From the NCBI GenBank assembly GCA_046484865.1, contig JAWOID010000018.1:1-64000 (forward strand): a stretch of 64,000 bases of DNA, given 5' to 3'. Every line of letters starts with the position of its first letter. The stretch's first letter is position 1. Under the pieces are notes generated by a model. That model was not told where the DNA came from. It worked only from the letters and a program-made list of their open reading frames with translations, and searched no databases. Below are positions 49,457-59,773 of this stretch, piece by piece. The position numbers and the translations under genes were made by a program. The DNA comes from Candidatus Krumholzibacteriia bacterium. GTDB lineage: Bacteria > Krumholzibacteriota > Krumholzibacteriia > LZORAL124-64-63.

Positions 49457-50691
49457 CCCCCAATCGCTCCGTCCCGGGTGCGCTCGCGCCCTCCTTCGCG
49501 AGGAGCCGCGCCGCCGTCGTCACCCGCGGTGCGAGCCGGCTGCCGGCGGCCGGCGAGGACCGTGCGGTACAGCGCAGCCGTGTCCGCAGCCACCCGGTCC
49601 CACGAGTAGTTCGCTTCCACGCGCCGGCGCGCGCCCTCGCCCAGCCGTCGCCGCTCCTGCGGATCCCGCAGTAGCGCCGCCAGCTTGCGGCCCAGATCGG
49701 CGGCGTCGCCGCTGCGGAACGTGCTCACCCACGCGCCGCCGGCCTCGCGATTCGGCGCGATGTCGCTGACCAGGCAGCAACGCTCGTAGCTCATGCCCTC
49801 GAGCAGCGTGATCGCCAGCCCCTCCAGGGTCGACGGCAGCACCAGCACCGCCGCACTCGTGTAGAGTTCTTCCAGGATCCGACCGTGGACGAAGCCCAGG
49901 AACTCCACCCCGCCGGGCGCCGACTGCCGCAACTGCGCAGCGTATCCGCCGGTGAAGCCCGCGTCGCCCGCGATCACCAGGCGATGGTTCTGCCGCAGGT
50001 CCTCCGGCAGCGACGCGAAGGCCTCCAGCAGGAGGTGGCATCCCTTCTCCGGCACGAGGCGGCCCACGAACAGGATGTACGGACCATCGAGGCCCCGCTC
50101 CAGGATGAGGCGGGGCGGCTGTGGAGTGGGCGGGCTGATGCCATTGGGGATGTAGATGGTCTCGCGCCCGTGCCGCCGGCGGTAGTGCTCCTGAAGGTCA
50201 CGCGAAACCACCACGGTGGCGTCCGGCAGGCTCGCGCTGGCCCACTCGCCGAGCCTGAGCAGTGCGCGGGCGCTGCGGCCCCACTTCGCCCGCTGCCAGT
50301 CGAGACCGTGCACCGTGACCAGCGTCCGCTTGCGCGCCAGCGCCCGGGGCAGTCCGGACAGCAGCGAGGGGCCCAGTGCATGGTAGTGCACCAGGTCGAT
50401 GCGGCGCGGCAACACGTCGGCGGTGCACAGGAGGCTGTGCGTGGCGGCGTCCAGGTTCTTGGTCGGCACGCTCGGCATGCGCCGCACGCTGACGCCAGGC
50501 ACGTCCGTCGGTCCGCGGAGGGAACTGTAGTGGGGTCGGCTGTAGAGCAGCAACTCCACGCCGTGGCCGGGCAGGCGTCGCGCCAGCTCCGCCACGTGTC
50601 GCTCGATCCCGCCGTGCACGGGGGGATACCCCTTCTGGCCGATCATGGCCACGCGCACCGGAGCGGTCGGCTGCGGGGGCGCAGGCGACAC
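49453..50691 (-). CDS. Glycosyltransferase family 4
   Basis: VAMIGQKGYPPVHGGIE, TVHGLDWQRAKW, LFVGRLVPEKG, EGLAITLLEGMS. Confidence 0.92.
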   Translation of the reverse strand: MSPAPPQPTAPVRVAMIGQKGYPPVHGGIERHVAELARRLPGHGVELLLYSRPHYSSLRGPTDVPGVSVRRMPSVPTKNLDAATHSLLCTADVLPRRIDLVHYHALGPSLLSGLPRALARKRTLVTVHGLDWQRAKWGRSARALLRLGEWASASLPDATVVVSRDLQEHYRRRHGRETIYIPNGISPPTPQPPRLILERGLDGPYILFVGRLVPEKGCHLLLEAFASLPEDLRQNHRLVIAGDAGFTGGYAAQLRQSAPGGVEFLGFVHGRILEELYTSAAVLVLPSTLEGLAITLLEGMSYERCCLVSDIAPNREAGGAWVSTFRSGDAADLGRKLAALLRDPQERRRLGEGARRRVEANYSWDRVAADTAALYRTVLAGRRQPARTAGDDGGAAPREGGRERTRDGAIGG

Positions 50692-50729
50692 GTTGGTCTC
50701 GCCTTCCGTGTCCGGCTCGGCGGACGCCG

Positions 50730-51758
50730 TCAAGTGCGGACAGCCGCCAGTTCGTAGGGCCGCCCATCGTGCCGGATGGACTGGCAGGCCTTCGCGAGCG
50801 TCTCCACCACCTGCAGGCCGTGGTAGCCGTTGCAGAGGGGTTCGGCGCGTCCCAGCAGCACGTCCACGAAGTGCGCGGCCTCGATCTTCAGCGGCTCGGT
50901 CTGCTCGAGCCGCGGGATGTGGACGTCGCCGAACCGGTACGACAGCTGGAACTCGCCGAAGTTGTCGTAGTGGGCGGGAACATCCACGCCCTTGTCGTAG
51001 ACGCGGATCTTCTCGAGCGCGGCCACGTCGTCGTACACCAGCATCTTGCGACTGCCCACGAAGGTGGCCTTGCGGATCTTGTTCGGGTCCAGCCAGCTCA
51101 CGTGGATGTGAGCGAGTTGCCGGCCGGGATACTCGAGCGTGAGAAACGCCACGTCCTCGTTGTCGAGCTCGCGCTGCACGTAGCACCGGCCCGTCGCGCT
51201 GACGATCGCCGGCGTGGCGCCGAACAGGTGGTTCAGCATGGCGACGTCGTGCGGCGCCAGGTCCCAGACCACGTTCACGTCCGGCTGGAAGATGCCCAGG
51301 TTCACCCGGGTGACGTCCACGTAGTAGATGTCTCCGAGTTCGCCCACCTCCATCAACTCGCGGATCTTGCGGACGGCCGGCGTGAAAAGGAAGGTGTGCC
51401 CGACCATGATCTGCAGCTCGCGCTGCTCGGCGAGATCGATGAGACGGCGGCACTCGTCGGGACTCGCCGCCATCGGCTTCTCCACGAAGAGGTGCTTGCC
51501 TGCGGTGAGGACCTCGGCGCCCAGCGGGAAGTGGGTGGATACGGGCGTGGCCACCACCACGGCGTCGATGCGCGGGTCCTTCACGATCTCCCGGTAATCA
51601 GTGGTCTGCTTCACCCCCGGATAGAGCTGTCCGACATGGGCCAGCCGTCTGGCGTCGAGATCCGCTATCGCGACCAGCTCCACCTCTGGCAGATGCTGGA
51701 AATTCCTGATCAGATTCGGTCCCCAGTAACCGCAGCCGACGACGCCCACCTTGATCAT
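50730..51758 (-). CDS. Gfo/Idh/MocA family oxidoreductase (probably nucleotide-sugar)
   Basis: VGVVGCGYWGPN, GKHLFVEKP, WDLAPHD. Confidence 0.92.
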   Translation of the reverse strand: MIKVGVVGCGYWGPNLIRNFQHLPEVELVAIADLDARRLAHVGQLYPGVKQTTDYREIVKDPRIDAVVVATPVSTHFPLGAEVLTAGKHLFVEKPMAASPDECRRLIDLAEQRELQIMVGHTFLFTPAVRKIRELMEVGELGDIYYVDVTRVNLGIFQPDVNVVWDLAPHDVAMLNHLFGATPAIVSATGRCYVQRELDNEDVAFLTLEYPGRQLAHIHVSWLDPNKIRKATFVGSRKMLVYDDVAALEKIRVYDKGVDVPAHYDNFGEFQLSYRFGDVHIPRLEQTEPLKIEAAHFVDVLLGRAEPLCNGYHGLQVVETLAKACQSIRHDGRPYELAAVRT

Positions 51759-51935
51759 GTATGCTCGCTTTCACTCGTTCGTTGTCGGTCCCTGATCGAC
51801 CCGTCCACGACGGCGTCGACGGTGGCGGAGGAAATGTCCGCTCTTCCCGCCCGCATGTCACGGCCGGTGTACGTGGCCCCCGCTCCGGGCGCCGACCGCG
51901 CCGGACGGCGGCGATCGGCGACCCTGGCGGAAGGC

Positions 51936-52670
51936 TCAGTACCCCCCCGTGCCCCGGATGATCACCGGGAGCGTCTTCGCGAGGATGCCGAGATCGAGCA
52001 GCAGCGACCAGTTGTTGATGTAGTGCAGGTCGAGCCGCACCATCTCGTCGAAGCTCACGCTGCTCCGCCCCGACACCTGCCAGAGTCCGGTGATCCCCGG
52101 TGTGACACGCAGCCGCTCCATGTGCCACGACCGGTAGTTGTCGATCTCGTAGCAGATCGGCGGGCGAGGGCCCACCAGCGACATCTCGCCGAGCAGGACG
52201 TTGATGAGCTGCGGCAGTTCGTCGAGGGAGGTCCGTCGCAGCCAGGCCCCCACCGGCGTGATCCGGGGGTCCCGCTGGATCTTGTAGGCGGACTTCCCGC
52301 CGTTGGTGCGCCGGCAGCCTTCGTTGTCGCCGTTGATGAACATCGTGGCGAAGCGTCGGTGGATGGTGTCGTCGCTGTCGTGCTTCATGGAGCGGAACTT
52401 GTAGAAGCGGAATGGTCTGCCGTCCCGGCCGAGGCGTTCCTGGATGAAGAAGATGGGGCCGCCGTCGGTGCGCTTGATGACGAGCGCGATCGCCAGGAAC
52501 AGCGGGACGGAGAGAAACAGCAGGATGGCCGCGCCGGCCAGGTCGATCGCCCGCTTGATCCGGCCCTGCGCGCCATAGAAGCGGGTCGTATCCACCGGGA
52601 TGTAGATGCTGGGCGCGGTCACGGGCAGATCACGGACCGCTACCGACAGAGCCGCCGCGTCTTCCTTCAT
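51936..52670 (-). CDS. Sugar transferase (Bac_transf family)
   Basis: [57 protein letters not shown]. Confidence 0.93.
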   Translation of the reverse strand: MKEDAAALSVAVRDLPVTAPSIYIPVDTTRFYGAQGRIKRAIDLAGAAILLFLSVPLFLAIALVIKRTDGGPIFFIQERLGRDGRPFRFYKFRSMKHDSDDTIHRRFATMFINGDNEGCRRTNGGKSAYKIQRDPRITPVGAWLRRTSLDELPQLINVLLGEMSLVGPRPPICYEIDNYRSWHMERLRVTPGITGLWQVSGRSSVSFDEMVRLDLHYINNWSLLLDLGILAKTLPVIIRGTGGY

Positions 52671-53104
52671 GATGCCAAGACTCCCTTGCCGCGAAGCAAG
52701 ATGGGAAGTGATTGCTCAGGTCGAAACGCGTTAGCTTCTGCCCATCGAGATCCTTTCATGTCCCGGTCATGTCCCGGACCCAGCAGTCGGATCGACGCCG
52801 CTCCCCGACCGACAGGGCGGATTATAACATGTTTTTACAGCGCGAGTCCAGAGGGTCCGCGTAATTTTTTCGCTTTCGGCACTCCCCCCGGCCGAAAGTG
52901 CCGACACGTTAGCGCTTTCTCTCCCCGGTCACCAGTTCCGGTCCGCAAGTCGTTGCCCGGCGTACCGCGACGGACGCTCGCCATCGCGATCGAGACGCTC
53001 CGGGACCGGCTCCGTCCCCGCACATTTCTTTTGCCTAAGCCTGGACAGGGGCCTATCCTGAGATCCCGTTCCCGCCGATCTCTAGCCTGAAGAGGAGTCT
53101 GGAA

Positions 53105-54433
53105 ATGCCCGAGAAGCTGCAGATCGCGCCCGTCGAGGGCAAGCTCGGCGTCCTGACGCCCGGCATGGGCGCGGTTGCGTCGACATTCATCGCCGGCGTC
53201 GAGGCCGTCCGCCAGGGCTTGCGCCTCCCCATCGGTAGCGTGACCCAGATGGGTCACATCCGTCTGGGCAAGCGGACCGAGGGTCGCCAGCCGCTGATCC
53301 GCAACTTCGTCCCGATCGCCGAGGTCGAGAACCTGGCGTTCGGCGGCTGGGACATCTTCCCGGACAACATGTACGAGGCCTCCATCAAGGCTGGCGTGCT
53401 GGAGCGCAGCCTGCTCGATCAGCTCGCCGAGCCGCTGAGCGCGATCGAGCCCATGCCGGCGGTGTTCGAGAACCACTACGTCAAGAAGCTCGACGGCCCC
53501 CACGTCAAGAAGGCCGCCACGAAGATGGAACTGGCCGAGGCCGTCATGCAGGACATGGACGATTTCCAGCGTCGCAACGGGTGCTCCCGGCTGGTGATGA
53601 TCTGGTGCGGCTCGACGGAGATCTACCTGAAGCGGACCGACGTGCACGCCAGCCTCGAGGCGTTCGAGAAGGGCCTGCGGGACAACCATCCCGACATCGC
53701 CCCCAGCATGATCTACGCCTACGCGGCCATCAAGAAGGGCGTTCCGTATGCCAACGGCGCCCCCAACCTGAGCGCCGACTTCCCCGCTCTCGAGGAACTG
53801 GCCCGCCAGACCGGCGCCCCCATCTGCGGCAAGGATTTCAAGACGGGCCAGACGCTGATCAAGACGATCCTGGCGCCCGGTTTCAAGTCGCGCCTGCTGG
53901 GCATCAGCGGCTGGTTCAGCACGAACATCCTCGGCAATCGCGACGGCGAGGTCCTGGACGATCCCGAGTCGTTCAAGACCAAGGAGGAGTCGAAGCTGGG
54001 CGTCCTCGGCAACATCCTGCAGCCGGAGCTCTATCCGGACCTGTACGGCAACCTCTATCACAAGGTGCGGATCAATTACTATCCGCCCCGCGGCGACAAC
54101 AAGGAGGGCTGGGACAACATCGACATCGTGGGCTGGTGCGGCCGTCCCATGCAGATCAAGGTCGATTTCCTCTGCCGCGACTCCATCCTCGCCGCACCGC
54201 TGGTGCTCGACCTGGCCCTCCTCCTCGATCTCGCCGGGCGCGCAGGCCTGAGCGGCATCCAGGAGTGGCTGTCGTTCTACTTCAAGAGCCCGGTGGTGCC
54301 CGCCGGCCTCTACCCTGAGCACGACCTGTTCATCCAGCAGAAGAAGATGAAGAACACCCTGCGCTGGATGATGGGCGAGGAACTCATCACCCACCTCGGC
54401 CGCGAGTACTACGAGGACGAGGACGACCGCTAG
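53105..54433 (+). CDS. ino1: Inositol-3-phosphate synthase
   Basis: FGGWD, WCGSTE, GKDFKTGQT, NILGNRDG, YYPPRGDNK, CRDSILAAP, SFYFKSP. Confidence 0.94.
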   Translation: MPEKLQIAPVEGKLGVLTPGMGAVASTFIAGVEAVRQGLRLPIGSVTQMGHIRLGKRTEGRQPLIRNFVPIAEVENLAFGGWDIFPDNMYEASIKAGVLERSLLDQLAEPLSAIEPMPAVFENHYVKKLDGPHVKKAATKMELAEAVMQDMDDFQRRNGCSRLVMIWCGSTEIYLKRTDVHASLEAFEKGLRDNHPDIAPSMIYAYAAIKKGVPYANGAPNLSADFPALEELARQTGAPICGKDFKTGQTLIKTILAPGFKSRLLGISGWFSTNILGNRDGEVLDDPESFKTKEESKLGVLGNILQPELYPDLYGNLYHKVRINYYPPRGDNKEGWDNIDIVGWCGRPMQIKVDFLCRDSILAAPLVLDLALLLDLAGRAGLSGIQEWLSFYFKSPVVPAGLYPEHDLFIQQKKMKNTLRWMMGEELITHLGREYYEDEDDR

Positions 54434-54444
54434 CAGCGTCTCCC

Positions 54445-54472
54445 GCGGGGCGGCGGTTCGCCGCCGCCCCGC
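54445..54472 (+). terminator. 12-bp GC hairpin with UUCG loop, no U-tract
   Basis: GCGGGGCGGCGG-TTCG-CCGCCGCCCCGC after ino1. Confidence 0.45.
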
Positions 54473-54498
54473 TCCCGCCCCTCCGGAGCGAGGCCGCC

Positions 54499-55143
54499 GT
54501 GACCACCTGGCAGATCGAGACCCTGACCGTCGGCCCGCTGCAGATGAACGCTCACCTGCTCACCACCGCGGCCGCCGCCGGAGAGCCCGGCCTGGCCGTG
54601 CTCGTCGATCCCGGTGACGAGCCGGAGACGCTGCTGCGGCGGATCGACGCCGGCGGTTGGCGGCTGACGGCGCTGCTGGCCACTCACGGGCACTTCGATC
54701 ACGTCGGTGCCGCCGCCACGATCCAGGAACGCTGGGACCTGCCCCTGATATGCCATCCCGGCGACCTGCCGCTGATCGAGCGCATGCCCGAGATCCAGGC
54801 CGCCTACGGCTTCCCGGCCAGCGGGCTTCCTCGCTGCGAGGCGAGCCTCGTCGACGGTCGGGAGCTCGCGTACGACGGCGCGGTTCTCCGGGTGATCCAT
54901 GTGCCCGGCCACTCTCCCGGCCACGTGATGTTCGTCTGGGAAGGGCATGCGGTGGTTGGAGATTGCCTGTTCGCCGGCTCCGTCGGGAGGACCGATCTGC
55001 CGGGCGGTGATCATGGCGCCCTCGAAAAAAGCATCCGGGAGCGCATCTACACGCTCCCGGATGCCACCATCGTCCACCCCGGCCATGGCCCCGACACCAC
55101 GGTGGGTCGGGAACGGACCGGCAATCCCTTCGTGCGCGGTTGA
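54499..55143 (+). CDS. MBL-fold metallo-hydrolase (glyoxalase II-like)
   Basis: THGHFDHVG, PGHSPGH, GDCLFAGSVGRTD, HPGHGPDTT. Confidence 0.92.
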   Translation: MTTWQIETLTVGPLQMNAHLLTTAAAAGEPGLAVLVDPGDEPETLLRRIDAGGWRLTALLATHGHFDHVGAAATIQERWDLPLICHPGDLPLIERMPEIQAAYGFPASGLPRCEASLVDGRELAYDGAVLRVIHVPGHSPGHVMFVWEGHAVVGDCLFAGSVGRTDLPGGDHGALEKSIRERIYTLPDATIVHPGHGPDTTVGRERTGNPFVRG

Positions 55144-55200
55144 CCCGCGGCGACCGCTGCCTCCGCAGCCTTTCCGGGCGGGAGGGGCGCGCCGAGCGGC

Positions 55201-56067
55201 CTAGACCTCTTGCTGCGCTGCCGCCGGTTGCTCCTGGGCCAGCGGTCCGCCGAGCATGGCAGCCTCGCGGCGCTCCACCCGCTGCTTCTCGAGCTTCTGG
55301 TGGCGCTTGCAGAATTCCTTCTTGATCCAGTCGCGGTACAGCGATGCGCCCAGGCAGCCGGAGTCGTAGGCGTAGATGCTCTGGAAGTTCGCCGGCGCCT
55401 CCTCGATCTTGATGTTGTTCGAGATGATCGTCCGGAAGATCTCGTTCTTGTCGAAGATCTGCCCCAGTTCCCGGCGGACGTTCTTGAGCAGCGGCGTCCG
55501 GCCGTCCTTCATGGTGACGAGCACCCCGAGCACCTGCAACCAGACGTTCTGGCGCTCCTGGATGCGGCCGATCAGTTCCTTCAGTTGCCGCAGCGGCGGC
55601 ACGCAGAGCCCGGTGCAGGGCGTGGGGATCAGCACGTAATCCGCCGCCACCAGCGCATTCTGCGTCAGGACGCCGAGATTCGGCGGCGTATCGATGATGA
55701 TCCAGCCGTACGAGGTCGAGAGCGCCTGCACGACCTTGGTCAGGCGATCGGTGATCTGCGTCTTGGCCATGCTCTCGAGCGACGGGTTGGACGGCAGGAT
55801 GTCGATGTTCTCGTCGTACACGGTGGACGTGATGCCGTCCTGCGGGGTGATGGCGCGCCGCAGGACGTCGAAGACGCTGCGGGCCGGCGGCTCGCCGTCC
55901 ATCTTCCCCAGCAGCGTGCTCGTGGCGCAGCCATGGGGGTCCATGTCGATGAGCAGGCAGGACGACGTGTGCTCGGAATAGCGCGTGAGTCCGGCCGCGA
56001 GGTTGATGGCGGTGGTGGTCTTGCCGACCCCGCCCTTCTGATTGACGACGGCAATGACGTTGCTCAT
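55201..56067 (-). CDS. ParA/Soj family ATPase (orphan)
   Basis: NQKGGVGKTTT, LIDMDP, IIDTPPNLG, NALVAADYVLIP; no adjacent parB. Confidence 0.9.
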   Translation of the reverse strand: MSNVIAVVNQKGGVGKTTTAINLAAGLTRYSEHTSSCLLIDMDPHGCATSTLLGKMDGEPPARSVFDVLRRAITPQDGITSTVYDENIDILPSNPSLESMAKTQITDRLTKVVQALSTSYGWIIIDTPPNLGVLTQNALVAADYVLIPTPCTGLCVPPLRQLKELIGRIQERQNVWLQVLGVLVTMKDGRTPLLKNVRRELGQIFDKNEIFRTIISNNIKIEEAPANFQSIYAYDSGCLGASLYRDWIKKEFCKRHQKLEKQRVERREAAMLGGPLAQEQPAAAQQEV

Positions 56068-56303
56068 CGGCTGCTACCCTCGTACTCTCGTGGTTTCCCG
56101 GACCGTATAAATCACGAATTCCGAATATAGTCCGGGCTGCAGATGGCGCCAAGGAAAAACCCTGGCGCTCTCCGGAGTGTCTTTCAAGAAAGGTTATAAC
56201 ATATTAAATGGAAATGAGTTCCCGGTGAAGGTTCGTGACGCTTCACAGGCGCGTCGGCCCGTCGTCAGCGTCCACTTTCGAGGACGTTTCTCGTCGCGGT
56301 TCA

Positions 56304-57104
56304 TCAGAGCCGGAGCCGGACCGTCCCGAAGATCTCCCACAGGTGCTGCGGCGTGATCTCGTCGAAGTCCACGGCGGGTTCGCTGGTTCCCGCCGCGATG
56401 GGCTGGTGATCCGCGAGGTTCAGGTTCAGCAGGTTGTCGCGGATCTCCACCCGGACGCTCCACCGGTCGTCGAGATCGTGGTTGAGTCCCACGCCCAGGC
56501 GCGGCCCGATGCGCGCCGTGTCGAAATCCGGAGCGTCGAGGGAACGGACCGTCACCAGCACGGCGCCGCCGACGAGGTAGGGGTAGGTGCGATCCGGGAT
56601 CAGGCGGTACTCGCCCGCGAGCCCGACGAGAAAGACATTCCACTCGTCGTAGGGCAGCACCTCGCCCGTCTGGCCGACCACGGCCAGAGCGCTCAGGCCC
56701 ACGCGCGCCCAGCTGAACTCGGCCCGCACCGCCAGCCTTGAGGACGCCTGCCAGGCGCCCTGCAGTGCGATCTGGAGGTCCTCGTCCAGGGTGACGGTGA
56801 AGCGGTCCGAGCCGAAGGAGGCGCCCGCGGGGGTCAGCCAGGTCAGTGCGTTGCCGCTGCTCGCCCGGACCCGGAAGAGATCGCCGCCGGCCAGCACGCC
56901 CCCGCCTGCGCCGATCGCCCAGCGGGACGGGCTCGGCGCCGTCTCCACCTGCGTGCGACCCGTCTCGGTCGTCTCGTCGTCGGGCCGCTGGCGGCCGGTG
57001 ACGCTCTGCGCCTGGGCCGCCGGGGCGGCCATCACCAGCGTGACCCCGAGGACAGCGAGCAGCGCCAGACGCCTGGCAGAACGAAGCATCTCGACATCAC
57101 GCAA
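56304..57104 (-). CDS. Outer-membrane beta-barrel protein (small, OmpW/OmpA-like)
   Basis: Signal peptide ending AAQA; TYPYLVGG, GVGLNHDL..WSVRVEIRD; terminal amphipathic strand; start uncertain. Confidence 0.7.
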   Translation of the reverse strand: MRDVEMLRSARRLALLAVLGVTLVMAAPAAQAQSVTGRQRPDDETTETGRTQVETAPSPSRWAIGAGGGVLAGGDLFRVRASSGNALTWLTPAGASFGSDRFTVTLDEDLQIALQGAWQASSRLAVRAEFSWARVGLSALAVVGQTGEVLPYDEWNVFLVGLAGEYRLIPDRTYPYLVGGAVLVTVRSLDAPDFDTARIGPRLGVGLNHDLDDRWSVRVEIRDNLLNLNLADHQPIAAGTSEPAVDFDEITPQHLWEIFGTVRLRL

Positions 57105-57119
57105 GAGACCACCATCCCG

Positions 57120-58241
57120 TCACGGTTGAGGCCGCTCGAGCGAGAACGTGGCCGCCACCGCCTCGAGCCGCCGGAAGAAGGTCATCTTGTCCATGCCGGG
57201 CGCGTAGACGAGAACGTCGATGCAGAACACGCGCCCTCCGGCGGGATCGGCCACGAAGTAGCTCCAGAACGGGCCGCCGCCGGCGAAATCGTTGCTGGTC
57301 CAGACGCCCTCGAGCTTGACGGCGTCACGCTCCCCGAATCGCTCGCGCAGCCACACCTGGGGCGCCTCGGCGACCTCCTCGTCGTGCACCGCGCGCCCCA
57401 TGCTGCTGCGGAGCTCGAAGAGGAACTCGCGGTCGTCCAGGGCCTCGACGGGCGCGTCGTGCGGGGCCCACGCGACGGTGATGCCTCGCGACGGTGCGTT
57501 CTGCATCAGTTCCACCGCCGGATAGCCGCCCGGGAGCACCTGGTTCTCGCGGTACTCGCGCGGGATCTCGAGCAGGAACCCGAAGCGGTTCCAGTAGGAG
57601 TTCATGAGGCGTTCGTCCAGGCCGTCCTGGCGGTTGCGCCGCTGGATGCGCTTGCGGTTCTTCTCCTCGATGAGCGTGCGCACGCGCTCGCTGTTGCCGC
57701 GCAAAATGCTCAGGAGGCTGTTGCGGTCGCTGGAGGCCAGAACGATGGCGTATTGGTAGGTGGCGTAGGGATCGTCCAGCTGCACGAGACCGCCCGGTCC
57801 CTGCCCGATCTGCTCCAGGGTCTCCGCGGACACCAGCTTGCGCACCTCCTTCTCCACGGGGCCGCCCCCGCCGAGGACGACCAGGAAGAGGATGTTCTTG
57901 TAACCGCGTCCGAGTTCCCACCGACGGGGGCCGTAGATGTCGACGTTGAAGCGATCCTCGGCCTGGATGACGAAGGTCACCTCGCGGTTCACCTCCGCGA
58001 GGAAGCGGTCCGCCGCCGGCTCGAGGTCTCCGTCCGACACGAGGACGGCCAGGTCGCCGTAGGAACCGGCCGCCATGAGAATGCCGCTCTCGCGGCCGCC
58101 CTGGCAGCCGGCCAGCGCGAGGGTCGAGAGCGGCAGGAGGGCGGCGAGGAACCAGCCCGCCGCGCGGCGTCGTCCGCGGTCGCGTCCCGCACCGGGCACG
58201 GATGCGGACGCGGGCCGCAGACGCGGGATGCACGCTGGCAA
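57120..58241 (-). CDS. DUF4837-family lipoprotein
   Basis: Lipobox LAG-C; AAGSYGDLAVLV, FGFLLEIP, EGVW..FAGGGPFWSY, VYAPGMDK; start uncertain. Confidence 0.75.
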   Translation of the reverse strand: MPACIPRLRPASASVPGAGRDRGRRRAAGWFLAALLPLSTLALAGCQGGRESGILMAAGSYGDLAVLVSDGDLEPAADRFLAEVNREVTFVIQAEDRFNVDIYGPRRWELGRGYKNILFLVVLGGGGPVEKEVRKLVSAETLEQIGQGPGGLVQLDDPYATYQYAIVLASSDRNSLLSILRGNSERVRTLIEEKNRKRIQRRNRQDGLDERLMNSYWNRFGFLLEIPREYRENQVLPGGYPAVELMQNAPSRGITVAWAPHDAPVEALDDREFLFELRSSMGRAVHDEEVAEAPQVWLRERFGERDAVKLEGVWTSNDFAGGGPFWSYFVADPAGGRVFCIDVLVYAPGMDKMTFFRRLEAVAATFSLERPQP

Positions 58242-58274
58242 GGTGATGGGGCCTCCTGAGGGATCGGGCCGTTC

Positions 58275-59006
58275 CTAGCGAGTCTCCTGGAGATCTAGGC
58301 CACCGTCCCGGGTGGTGTCAAGCTGAGCCTCGAGGAGATCGATCCGTCCCTGCAGGTGTCGCACCAGCCGGGCGAGGCGCTCGTTGACCTGGCGCAACTC
58401 CGTGATCGTCTCGAGGTCGCGCACCCCGTCGCCGGACCAGGCGTTCAGCCGGGTACGGCTCGCCGGCGCGGCTGCCAGTGCGCTGCCCTGCCCTCCGGAA
58501 CTCACCAGTCGCGCGCGCAGTCCGTTCTCCGCCGGGAAGAGCGGTCTGCGGTCGAGGGCCGCCGCGGCTCCACTCTCTTCCGCCCGCGGGACGAGCGCAG
58601 CGGTCTGCGACGGCGTCGAGGTCATGCCCTGCTCGGCGGGCACCGGGTCGCTGTTGCCGTCCAGGAACAGGGCCACCGTCAGGACCGCGGCGGCGCCCAG
58701 GGCCGCCGATGTGCCGAAGCGGCTGCTCCACGCGCCCCGGCCGGAACGCACCTGCCAGGGACCCGCGGCATCGCGTGCGGCCGCCGTGAGCGACTGATTC
58801 AGGCGCGATCTCAGCCGCCAGTCGAACTGATCGGACAGGGTGGGTGTGGTTGCCGCCAGCATGCGGCGCCCCAGGAGCAGATCGTCCCGGTGGGCGCGGC
58901 AGGCGGAGCAGGCCGAAAGATGGCCTTCGAGCGCGACGACGCGGTCCGGCGGCAATGATCCATCCAGGTCCAGGCTCACCCATGCTCGGGCTTTCCCGCA
59001 TCGCAT
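58275..59006 (-). CDS. zf-HC2 anti-sigma factor (TM, C-terminal coiled coil)
   Basis: C..LDG.L..HLSACSAC (HxxxCxxC); TM AALGAAAVLTVALFL; directly after an ECF sigma. Confidence 0.88.
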   Translation of the reverse strand: MRCGKARAWVSLDLDGSLPPDRVVALEGHLSACSACRAHRDDLLLGRRMLAATTPTLSDQFDWRLRSRLNQSLTAAARDAAGPWQVRSGRGAWSSRFGTSAALGAAAVLTVALFLDGNSDPVPAEQGMTSTPSQTAALVPRAEESGAAAALDRRPLFPAENGLRARLVSSGGQGSALAAAPASRTRLNAWSGDGVRDLETITELRQVNERLARLVRHLQGRIDLLEAQLDTTRDGGLDLQETR

Positions 59007-59028
59007 GCTGCTTCCTCCTCGTGGTCCC

Positions 59029-59727
59029 TCAGTCATCCTCCGCGCGCTCGTCGAGCATGCGCTGCTCGAGCCGCTCGAGATCGGCCAGGAGCGTCTCGTT
59101 GCGCAGGAGGGGTTTGATGTTCTGACGGAACTTGTTGCGTGCTCGATTGATGCGTGAGCGCACGGTTCCCAGCTTCAGTCCGGTGGCCTGCTGGATCTCC
59201 TCGTAGGTGAGCTGCTCGACCTCGCGCAACAGGAACGGCACCCGGTACTTCTCCGGGATCCGCTCCGTGGCCTCGGCGATCAGCGAACCGAGTTCCTGAC
59301 CCTCGATCTCTCGCGTGGGATCGGCGGTGGGGTCGGGGGGATCCAGCGGCGTCTCGTCCTCGTCCGGCGTGGGGTTCAAGGTCAAGAAACGCGGCAAGCG
59401 CGCCCGGCGGCGCATCTTGTTGCGCACCAGGTTCGTGGCGATGGTGAAGACCCAGGTGGAGAAGCGGGCGATCTCGCGATACTTGTCGGCGTGCAGGTAG
59501 ACCCGGATCAGCGTCTCCTGCGTCAGCTCCTCGGCCGTCGTGGGGTCCTTCACCATGCGCAGCAGGAAGCTGTAGAGGCGGCCCTTGTACCGGAAGACCA
59601 GTTCATCGTACGCCCGCCGGTCGCCCTCGCGGACCATGACGATGAGGTCCTCGTCGCGGATGGTGGTGAGCCCCTCCGCTTCGCGGCGCCGGGTCCGGGC
59701 GTCGCGTGCCTTGGCCGTACCGTTCAA
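59029..59727 (-). CDS. ECF RNA polymerase sigma factor
   Basis: AEELTQETLIRVY, FSTWVFTIATN, LTYEEI..GTVRSRINRAR; TTG start after GAGGAGG (alternative ATG 59772). Confidence 0.93.
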   Translation of the reverse strand: MNGTAKARDARTRRREAEGLTTIRDEDLIVMVREGDRRAYDELVFRYKGRLYSFLLRMVKDPTTAEELTQETLIRVYLHADKYREIARFSTWVFTIATNLVRNKMRRRARLPRFLTLNPTPDEDETPLDPPDPTADPTREIEGQELGSLIAEATERIPEKYRVPFLLREVEQLTYEEIQQATGLKLGTVRSRINRARNKFRQNIKPLLRNETLLADLERLEQRMLDERAEDD

Positions 59728-59773
59728 ATCACCCCTCCTCGGGCCCTCACGCGGACGTGACGTGTCGTCCATG

